The notes below the pieces were generated by a model. That model was given only the letters and a program-made list of their open reading frames with translations. It did no database searches and was not told where the DNA came from. A DNA stretch of 64,000 bases from Bacteroidota bacterium (GTDB taxonomy: Bacteria > Bacteroidota > Bacteroidia > UKL13-3), in the NCBI GenBank assembly GCA_027488905.1, contig JAIYAT010000020.1, positions 246,490 to 310,489 of the forward strand, in the 5' to 3' direction. The translations under genes and the position numbers were made by a program. Positions 1-12,000 of the stretch are shown in pieces. Positions within the stretch are counted from its first letter, which is position 1, and each line of letters starts with the position of its first letter.

Positions 1-3000
1 GAAACACCTGAAGCTTGTATAAAATTATTATCGCTTCCGGTTGTACTAGATATCCATTGATAAGTGAACACTCCTGAGGCACCTGTTGGTGTTGAACCCA
101 AAAGGCCAGAAGGTGCATTTCCACTACAAATAGTTTGGTTTGAACCAATTGTATTATTAGCAATTGGAGAAACTATTGTCATTTTAATTGCAGCACTCGT
201 ATTCGATGGACAAACGCCTGCAGATACCGCTCTTCTGTACCAAGTATCCGTAATTAAGGCTCCAGGAATAAAATCTTTATCTGTACTAGTCCCTGATGCG
301 TTTGTAAAACCTGACGACGGACCGCTAGTGCTTATTTCCCATTGGAATAGATATGTTCCATTTCCTCCAGAAGGAGTTGTACCTGTTAAAGAGAATGGAA
401 TAGTTCCATTTATAACATCTTGACTTGAGCTTATACTGTTATTTGAAATAATTGAATTAACAGTAATTTCTATTGCGGCAGAAGTATCAAAACCTCCACT
501 TGAACTAACCACACGCTTAAACCATGTGGTAGTAGTTCTCACCCCAGGATTGTAGCTTGAACCAATGTTAACGCCACTTGCAAATACAAAACCTGAAGAT
601 GCAGAAGTTGTGCTACTCAACCATCTATAACTAAAGGCCCCATTTCCACCTGCTGGGATAGTTCCAGTTAATTGTGTTGCAGTGCTTCCTGTGCATATGG
701 TCTGATTTGAACTTATAATGTTATTAGTGATTATAGGATTAACTGTAATTTCAATGATACCACTAGTATCACTTGGACATACACCAGCTGAAACTATCCT
801 TCTAAAGTAAGTTGTATCATTCAATACTCCAGGATAATAAACTCTATTGGTATTTGTACCAGTGGCTGAACCAAAGATTGAAGTTGGCGTTCTGCTAATC
901 CAAGCAAAACTATAAGTTCCATTTCCTCCTAAAGGAATTGAACCATTAATCGAATCTGCACTAAAACCTGTGATAATTTGCTGCGCACCAGTAATAGTAT
1001 TATTACTAATTAATGGATTTACAGTTACCAAAACCGAAGAAGAAGTATCACGGCATTGACCTGAAGTTACCAATCTTCTAAGCCATGTATTTTGTGTTAA
1101 GGTAAATGGATAGTTATAATCTTGCAATGAAGTAGTTCCAAAACTCACACTAAACCCAGAGGTAGCACTTGTTGTACTTCTCAACCATTGGTAATTATAA
1201 CTTGAATTACCACCAGTAGGAACAGAACCTGTAAATGCTGCAGGTATTGTTCCTGTGCAAATGGTTTGATTGCCCGAAACTGTATTATCCGCTAAACCAG
1301 GATTCAAGGTAAAAGTCATGGTATCTGTTTGGGCTCCTGGAACACAGCTTGTGGTGATATTACAGAAGTATTGTCCTTCTTGACCAGCAGCAGAAGAGAT
1401 AATAGTAAGTGTATCATTATCTACTCCGGCATAACTAGCACCATTTGAAAGGTTAACAAAAGTTGAGCATGAGTTGCATTTAAATAACCATTGATAATTT
1501 AACCCAGGACCGCTTGCGTTAGTTATAATTCTACTATTTGAACCGGTACATCCTGTTTGGCTTGCTAAGGTTGTATTGGTAACACCTAGTGGTTGATTTC
1601 CAATTTGGAACGCCCCTAATGCCGTTTGGCCATTTAAAACAAAATTTGTATTTGTTGGAGTACCAAAAGGTGTAATATTGGTACTCCAAGTTGAATTGGT
1701 ATACCTATAAGCAACATAAGTGGCAGGAGTTACACCTGCATCATTATCTCCAGCTCCATAAGTAAAGTTGGCATTATAAGTTAATGGTAAAACTGTGTTT
1801 GAACCAAATTCAAAATACCTATTTACAGAGGCATTCGCATTTAAACAGGTTAAATCAATTTCCGGATGATCACCTGCAACAGACTTCCATTTTGCATAAC
1901 CCGCTGTAGATACAGTTGGATAGGTTAGAGTTATTGGCGCGTATTGAACGCCAGTACCTGTGAAGAAAGTTTGTGCTACATTAGCACCTGTTGCAAAATA
2001 ACGCTCTAAATAACCATCCACAAAACCATTGGTTCTGCTAATAGCCGACCCATTGAGCATGGTTATTTTTCCTGTAGTTGCAAACCTACCATTGGTTAAT
2101 ATTAAACTACCAGAAAAAGATAAACTATCTATAGTTGAAGTTATAACCGCACCTGAAACCGTATTATTAATAGTAATGTTTCTGGTGTTTGCGGATGGCA
2201 TTTGAAACACACCTGTGCTACCTACAATATTAACGGTATATTCTTCATACTCCCCAAAACTAACTGCCATAGTTGGGCCAGTGATTGTGCCTTCATTACA
2301 AAGCACCCTCATACGAGTATTTCCACTAATAGCAGTAATAGGCACGGTAAAGGTTCCAGATTGAGTATGATTTCCAGCAACAATTCCACCTAAATGTATT
2401 TGTTCACCAGCATCTGTAAATACCCCATTTTGATTATAATCAATCCAAATTGCCATGGCATTTTGCCAGCTTCCACCTGTTTGAATTGAAGAAACAGAAA
2501 AACCATGTAAAACCCCAGCATTAAGGTTATACGGACCGTAACCGGTAAAGTTTGAATAAGAACCTGTAACGCTGCCACTACCAGCGACTCCTATAGTACC
2601 TGACAAACTATTAACTGCTGTAGTATTATTTAAAATAGTGGTTGCCCCTTGTGTAATTGTAATATTCCCTACATCTTCATCTGAAGTTGGATTTGAAACT
2701 GAAGGAGGTAAACTATATGGAGATGGCCCTCTAGGTACTAAATTCCTAAATACACCAGTTCCACTGATAGTTTGAGAGCTTTGTGGCACAAATATACCAG
2801 CACTTCCAAGCAATAGCGGTGATAAACCCTCATTTGTTAAAATACCATTATTAACGATATTACCACCCACCTCAAAAGGTACTGCAACCGAATTAACATG
2901 CCTAAATTCTGATCCAGAATTAATGGTTAAATTTCCTTTAATGTATGTACCATAAATGGTGGAGTTACCAGCAGAAGTTGCTCCAAAACGGTTAAGGCCA

Positions 3001-6000
3001 TTTCCTCCATTTACTACTAAATTCTGCAAAGGACAATTGTTTGAAAAAGCCCCATAGGTTTCAACTGCAAATCCACTAGCTATACCAGGAGTAGTGCTAA
3101 TGCCATCTCCTAATTGAAAGGTATGGGTTCCAGAAAAACTTGTGTAAAAACTTTGTGTTTGGAAATAAATTGATTGGTTTGTAAGCGTTGCAGAGCTCAA
3201 GGATTCATGATGAGGATCCACAATTACAATAGAACCACCATTAAACAAACAACCATTGGATAAACTATTATGATTTAAATGAAACAATGGGTTACCACTT
3301 GCCACACTGGTACTAGCTACACCAGAATTTCCATCTATGGTAATCACACCACCTGTTTGTACAAATGGCCCTTGTATTACCATGTTACCATTGATATTTA
3401 AGCTACCACCACTTATGGAATCTCTGCTAGTAGAACTAGAGGATACAAGAAAGCGACTAAAATTATTTCCCAAACCAACATTTACGGTACCACCAGTTTG
3501 TTTGTATGCACCACCATTGTTAATAGTTAATCCTATTAAACTTCCACCAATTAGGTTAGATGTTCCGCTATTTATTTCAAATGCACCTGTTAAGCTAAGA
3601 TTGGCCGCATTAAGTGTAGCTCCATTTATTATTATTGATGAGCCTGCATTGGAAGTAATACCTCCAAAAACACTAAGTGTATTTGAATTTGCTATTAATA
3701 TTCCTCCTGAATTTAGGGTCAAACTAAATGCACCAAAAGAAGTACCACCTACTAAATTAACTGTATGAGAAATGGTAACATTATTGAGTTCAGTTGGAAC
3801 CGTATTTGTATTCCAAATGGTTGGATCAGCCCAATTACCATTTGCTATCGTAAAAATTGGAGTTATTGAATTAAAGTTAGAAACATGACCCGCAAAATAA
3901 TGTGTGTTTGCAAGCTCAGTTAAACTCGAAAATGCTCTTTGAGCTTGCGGATTTGCTGCAGTACCAGTTCCACTTATATGCAAACCACTTACCGATGAGG
4001 CCTGCATAATTCTTAGATCTGATATTGTATTTACGATATTTGGCAAACTATCTCCCCTTAGGGCAAGATTTATATTTATACCTGATGCAATTGCTAAAGC
4101 TGCCGCGCCATTTGCATTTGCTGTGCCTACTGTCCATGATGCATTTCCTTGGTTATTGATAGGATATCCATTATCTATAACTAGGGTAATTGGACTTATG
4201 CCAGTTCCAAAATTATGAGAAGCCTCAAAAATACCACCTGCAGAAAGTGCTGATGCTGTTGAGCTATAAAGAAACAAATGACGCAGATAATTACCATTAA
4301 AAAATGGAAAGTGCCCTGGAGAACCAGTAAAAGCAGATGTTGGGAAATTGCTTGTGCTCATCCAACGCCTAAATTTACCTGTAGTGCTTGTAAAACCACC
4401 AGCGCTCCAAGATAATGTTCCGGTAAGCGTAGTGGTGCTATCGCCTAGTGTTAAATTATTTGTACCTAGATTTACTCTATTAACTACACCTGATGTTGTT
4501 GAAAAAGAGATGTTATTTATAACCCTTAATCCATCAACCTCCCAATTAATTCCTGCTAGATTACTATTAAAAAACGAAACATTTAAGAGATTACCTCTTC
4601 CAAGCATGGCTAAGCCATTTGTAGCTGTTGTAGCAGGATTTATATTTACAATTGCACCAGTTCCAGTGCCACCGCTAAGTGTTACAGGGCTTGTAGGTAG
4701 AACAGAATAATCACCATTAGTGAAGTGCACCCAATTATTTATTCCACCTGAACCATCAACTCCAGTAACTAAAATTTGAGCTTGAGTGCTGGCTGTTCCA
4801 CCAGTGAATGTTAAGGTATCTCCAATCATATAACCTGTTCCAGCAACAGAAGTAGATGTTACTCTAAAAGCCCTTGTAGTAAATAGACCAGTACCTGATA
4901 ACGTTTGAGAGAGGGCAGATAAATTGCCTGTACCTCTTCTAAAATTAAGTGATGCTCCTCCAACCATGGCACCATTATTTTCAAAGTTTCCAGAAATATT
5001 TAAGGCAACTCCTGCTGCATCAACACCCATAAATCTTAGTTCCGAACCAGCATTTATGGTTAAATTTGTAGCACTTAGATTGCCAAAAGGTGATGAAGAA
5101 ATTGATCCCACATTTACAAACCTTCTGCTCGCATTACCACCATTTATGATGACATTACCCAAAACATGGTTGCTTGACATATTCACTTGAAAACCGCCCG
5201 CATGCCCACTTGCTTGGGTACTACTTCCATCGCCAAACCTTAAAGTATTACCTACCCATTCGTTAGCAATGGTTGCAGAAGAGGTAAATGCAAAACCAGT
5301 TCCATGCTGTAACAATGGATCAACAATGGTTATAGTTCCACCATTTACAGTTCCACCTAGCGTTGTTGCCACATTAAACACATTTAAATTTGGCGCCAAA
5401 GAAGTTGCAATCACCCCAGAGTTAGGGTCGATATTCATGTTACCGCCGCTCATATTAAATGTACCACCTGCAAAAGCGATGTTTCCATTGATGTTAAAAG
5501 TTCCACCTGTTTGGGTTAAAGTAGCACCTGCTTGGTGATTCACCAAACGATCACCACCTCCAGCAGGACCTAAAGTAACAACACCAGCAGTTATATTTAA
5601 CAAACCATTATTTGGAATTAAAATACCAGATTGTGTACCTCCTCCAATGGTTACATTTGCTCCAGTTAGGTTTACACTACCAGATGCTGTAAGAGAAGCC
5701 GTAATGTTCAAATCATTTGCTGGGGCATTTAAAGTTGCACCATTTTGAACATTTAAACTTATGATGTTTGAATTAGTATTTAGCGCAACAGTGTGCCCAG
5801 ATTTTATTTTTACATTATCATTTGTACCCGGAATTGAAGTACCGCCATCCCAAATGGCAGGGTCATTCCAATTACCAGAAGCAATAGTTACACGCTCAAA
5901 TAAATTGGTAACATTTGCCCCAATTCTAAAGGTGTTATTTAAATCAGCTTGACTAGCTAATAACCTATTGGCCTGCGGCTGTGTAGCCACTAATCCAGAA

Positions 6001-9000
6001 CCTGATGCATAAGTTCCAGGAGCCGCAGTAGCAGCTAAAGTAATACTTATATCTGCTGGTGAAGGAGGAGCTAAAAGCCCGTATCCAAAGATTCTAATAC
6101 TTACTGCACCTGTTGAAACTAGTCCGCCTCCTGTGCTTACTTGCCAAGTTCCGCTTGTTACTCGATTTATACTTAATGGACCATCTGTAAATGCTGTTAC
6201 TGTATTTAAGCCTGCGGTTGGCGTATGAACTACAGAAACATATCCGCCGGTGGTAACAGAACTAGCCAAAGGCCAGAAGAATCCAAAATAACGCACATCC
6301 GAATTTGTACCTACTGGACATAATCCGCCAAATGCATTTGGAATATTAGGTGCCGCATTGGCCTGAATCCAACGTGTAACTGCACCTGTAGTTTTAACCC
6401 TAGCCCCAATTGAAAAAGACGGGAAACCTGGATTTACAGATGGAGTTGCAGTGGTAAGTGGATCTCTAAAACCATGGGCAAAATTATTTGATCCAAAATC
6501 AATTAAACTTGAACCTAAAGTTAATGAACTAGAAACGGTATTAAAATTATTTGCCGCATTCACCTGCCCTGAAACTGCAGCCATATTAATACCGTTTGCA
6601 TTGCTATTGGCTATGGTTAAATTAGTAAACATTGCCACTGGTATTGGACTGATTACAGAAGAGCATGTTTGGCTCAAACCTGAACCACCATTCATAACAT
6701 GTGCTGAGGTATTGTCATAAGAACCTGTTAAAGCACCCATATTCGAAACAAAACCTCCAGTTACATTTCCGCTGCTTACACTTGTAACATAAAATTCAAT
6801 TGGTGAGCCTGAAGTTCCACTTGGTTGAATTTGAAGTATATCTCCCACCGCATAACCAGTGCCACTAGCAAAACCGCTGATGGAAGGTATAGAATTCCTA
6901 AATGTTCCAGAACCAGTTACATTTTGTGCTAAACTGTTTATTGCACCAGACAATGAGAAACTCAATGTTCCAGTATTAATCATCTCGCCATCGTTAATGA
7001 GATTTCCAGCTAAACCCAAAGTTCCTGAATTTCTCAACTGACTTCCAGCTGATATGGTAATATTATTTCTTACCCAAAGAATACTTGTGTTAATAACGCG
7101 TCTGTTTAATGTATTACCTGAGTTAATTATTAAATTTCCAATTCGAACCCCTGAAGTTGAAATATTAAAACCAAAATCAGCAGTTAAATTCGTTCCATTA
7201 AAGGCCGCTTGAGTGGAACTTGATCCATCTCCAAAAGTTAAATTTAGGTTTGGCCAAACAAAATTGACACCTCCCAAAAATTGAAAGGCATTTCCTGAGG
7301 TACCAATAGGTGGATCGATAATATTTAAATTACCACCAACCACATTCACCGCACCTGTAGTTCCAATTAAACATAAGGTATTTCCCGAAGTAACACTATT
7401 TGCAATACTTCCATCATTGCCATCAACATTAATTGTGCCTGATAAAAACGTAAAAGCTGAATTTGCAGCATTTGCAACTGTCATTCTTCCATTGACGTTT
7501 AAAGTAGCACCATCAATTAATAAACTTCCATTTGCATCTAATAAACTGTTGTTTAATGACCCAATAGTAAGCGTATTTCCAGTTGCATTTAAGGCACCAC
7601 CTGTGTTAATTGTTAAGTTATTACAAGAGGCTGAAGTGGGCAAGGTAGTATTTAAAGCAACGGTGTGACCTTCTTGAATAATTACATTTTCTGAGGCAGT
7701 AGGAACAGAATTGGCCAACCAAGTGGCAGGCGTATTCCAATTTCCACTAGCAGCTGTAACTGAAGCTAAATCGGTATTTGGCGCACAAATGGACCAACTG
7801 TTAATTAAACCAGCAAATGGTATAAATGACCTATTTGCCTGTATCGTTGTAGTAGTACCTGTACCATTAGATAATGAACCTGGCGCTATTAATCCTGTGC
7901 TTAAACACATAGATGTGGTAGTTATATTAGAAGGTAAAACAGCCATATTGCCTTGAATCCTTGTAGTGAGTGTTGGACCAGCAGTATAGGTTATAGCAGT
8001 TGGCATTGTAATTACCCAATCAGATTTGGTTACCCTATTATAAATATTTGTCTCTACGAAGCCAGGCGTAGTTGTGATTCCAGCGGTATCAAAATGTTGT
8101 GCCGAATAAATACCCGGTGTAGTTACAGAAGGAGTTGCACTATAAGCAAATGTAAAATACCTATGTCTGAACCCACTTTGGGCAACCATCGGAAATACGC
8201 CTAAACTTGGAGACCCCCCACTTGCAACGATGGCAGTTGGGAAAGAGGTAGTACCAGTGCCTGGCGAAGCAACAGTAGTAACAGATAATGAGGAAATTAC
8301 TCTTCTAAAACTACCAGTGGTATTTATAAAACCTCCTAATGCAGTTGTAGAAGGTGTTGCCCACGCCAATAAGCCACCATGCATGGTTGGCGCTGTGGTT
8401 ATGTTTAAAGTTCTTCCTAATATAAAATTGTTTTCATCTAATTTTACAATACCATTAACTAAAGATAATCTTTCAATCACCAAATTATTTATATCCCATT
8501 CAATTGGATTCACAACTGGCAATTGTGTAGAGTTTCCAGATTGTGACCCAACAACTAAAGCAGAAATATGAGCTGTTCTATTTAAATAGGTAAATGTAGT
8601 TATCGAAGCACCTGTGCCACTACCTCCACTAATTGCGAATGGAGAAATTGGTAAGGTAGTGTAATCTCTTCCTGGATCTGAAATTCCCCAACTCCCTATT
8701 CCACCAGTTGCTGTTATACTCGCAACAAAAAGACGAATTGGACTTGCTGAGGTTCCATTGGTAATAGTAATTACATCACCTACTTGATAATTAGCTCCAG
8801 CATTCCAACCTGTTGGAATGGCCGATAGTTGATTTGACCAATTACCTGTTCCACTTATAGTTTGATTGAAAATTGAAGCAACTTCTGTGGTTCCTGAAAG
8901 CATCGCTAATTTGATTCCACCCTCAGTCAAAATAGTACTAGGTGTTGTCGTTTGCAAGGTGGTAATTAATCCGTTATTAACTAAATTACCTGCCACCGTG

Positions 9001-12000
9001 ATACTTTCAGAAAAAGTACTAGTTTGACGCAACTCTGAATTTGCATTAACTGTTAAATTAATACATTCAAAACCTGAAGAAGAGCCTGTAGGAGTGGTAC
9101 AAAAACGAGCTCCATTGCTGGTATTCCCAATATTTTGACCGTTAATTATAAGGTTTCCCAACATCAACCTTCCAGAACTAATAAAAGTTCCAATATTAAA
9201 TCCAGGCGTTGCACCAGATTTATTTAAACCTGTAGTTCCTCCAATCACCAATGTATTTCCCGCCCAAACATTACTTGGTGATGAAGACCTATAGGCAAAA
9301 CTATATATAGATGTATTTGTATTTAAAAAATGTGGATCCACAATTGTAATGGTTCCCCCGTTTACAAGAACAGTTCCTGTGCTAAAGTTACCTAAAGTAG
9401 CATGACCAATAGAGAATAAATCTACAGTATTGAGCACACTGCCACTTGCTGTTCCATTGTTACCATCAATATTTATAAACCCGCCTCCCATTACAAATGA
9501 AGCTCCATTTAAAATGGCCATGTTTCCATTTACATTAATGGTTGCTGTGTTAGAAATATTTAATGAACCAGAAACTAAAAATGAGCGATTGCCTCCACCA
9601 TTTGGACCAATGTATAACGAATCTGAGCTAGCATTTAATACTCCTCCATTGTTTATAGTTAAGTTATTCGCAAAATAAGGTTGTACACCTCCAGAAAGCC
9701 CAATGGTATGTCCACTTTGGATAATAACATTTTGATTAGAATTTGGAACAAGCCCAGTAGACCATGTACTTGGATTTCCCCAATCTCCTGAAGCGATAGA
9801 GGTAACAGTAGTAACTTCTGAACCATAGTTGGCATTTTGAGCTGCCATGTAAAAGGATGACAAGAGAGCAGAAATTGTTGGCACCCTTAATCTATTAGCC
9901 ACTGGGTTAGCAGATGATGTTCCAGTTCCTACGCCAACAAATCCTACCAAAGTTCTACCATCTGGTCCAGATAAGGTAACATCTACTAAAGAATTAATTG
10001 TTTGCAAAGCATTTGAACCCTGAATTCTCAAACTAACGTTTTGGCCAGAAGCCAACACTGGTGTGTTTGAAGGGGAAGAAATACTCCAGTTACAATTGGT
10101 TCTGCGATGCAATACCATATGTCTCCAAATTCTATGTGTACCTATTCCAGTTCCGGTCCAAGTAAGTGCAGTTCCACCTCTTGTGGCAGAAATCTGAATA
10201 GTGTTACCCGCAACACTTACTACATAATAATTGGAATTTGAAGTTAAGCCCGTTGGCAAAGTACCACCACTTCTTAACCTTACAGTATCTCCTACTACCA
10301 ATGGATAATCTGCCATGCTAGAAACCACAATATTTGGAGACGTAATGGTAGTTACCTGAAATGATGTGGTATCCAATTGATTAGGTTCAATTGGTGTTTG
10401 GGTAAGATTAGAGGTTCCTGTTGTAGCATCATGTTGCACCCCAATTAACCCTCCTGTACTTAGTGCTGTGGCCGAACTAAAATACAACCAAACATGCCTA
10501 TTGGTAAGAGGGGCACCCATTGGAAAATGACCTACACTGCCATTGAAAGCAGAGGTTGGCAGCCCTGAAGTTGGAAACCACCTGTAAAACAACCCTGACG
10601 AATTAGTTATGATATTTCCTGCCGAATAGCTGTAAGAACCTGGTGTGGCAACAGCAGTTCCTAAGGTTAAATCATTTGCGCCAAGGGTAATATCACCACT
10701 TGTCATGGTAAGTGTATCTACAACTAATGATTTAGACAAGGTAACACCTAGAGGATTATTCACTAAAAACCTTCTTAAATTTAGGCTTGACCCAACTGGA
10801 ACTTCATTGCCAGTCCCCATTGAAATTGCATTTCTGCTTTGAATATATTGCAAATGCATGTTTCCAGCAGAAACGTTAAAGGTTGGTGTTGAATTAAACG
10901 TTCCTGCGTCAAAATTTGTTAACCCCGACCCAACAATTACAAAAGGATTGTGTCCTGGTAAAGACCTGCCAATTGTTAGCACATTACCAGAACCCATGCT
11001 TACATTTCCAAAACTTAATTGAACCTGCGTAAAAGTTAGATTTTTGTTTAAAGTTACCCCAGAAAGATTAGCTACTTGTAACCCAAAAATATTCTCTATA
11101 TCCCCTAAACCTCCAACTTGTTGTTGACCCGATAAGCCGTCTAAAATTAAGGTACCTAATAATGAGGTAGTATTTCCAGGCTCAGCGCCCATTAATTTTC
11201 CTCCTGCGGCAATGTTGATATTACCTCTCACAGATAAGTTAAAGCCTGTAGTTGCATTTCCAGTAAACAAGTATCCATTAGATTCTATAGTTAAATTGTT
11301 TTGAACCAAAGAAGCGCCAGTTAATCTTGCCATCCTAGAAGGAAAAGCATCCACCCTATTGTTTATTACTAAATTCCAAACTGGAAATCCTAGGTTCAAA
11401 CCGAAACCACAGTTATTGGCAAATGGCCCTCCAGTTTGAGTACTTATAGCATCTCCAATTTGAAGCGTACCTCCAGTAATTACCTTACTACCTCCTGCTG
11501 GCAAAGCAACTGTAGTTAAACCTGCCACAGGTATTGGATTGCGAATAAGGATTGTCCCTCCTGTCCATAAAACGGTTTGTAATGAACCTAAAGAAAATTG
11601 ATTAAATGAAGTGTTACTGGCAACCAATGGATTGGCATCATCAATATTAATCGTTCCACCAGTCATAGTAAACATAACACTTGTAGCATTAGAGTTACCC
11701 CAAAGTAAGCCGGCATAACAGTTTAAAGTTCCACCATTGATAACTAGCGCTGCACTTGAACCATTTGAAAAAATAATATCTGTATTTCCCCCAGAACCAT
11801 AGGTAAAAGTTCCTGCATCAATCCTAAGTTCACCAGAAATATTACTCTGGCCGCCATTAGAAGCAGTAAAAGGTGTATTTTGAGAAATTAACGCATTTGG
11901 GTGATTAATCCATAAGCGGCCTGCTGCTCCTACCATAGAAACTGATCCAGCATAAGGAAAAACGGTAATACCCACATTAACTTTTATAGTTCCAGCATTG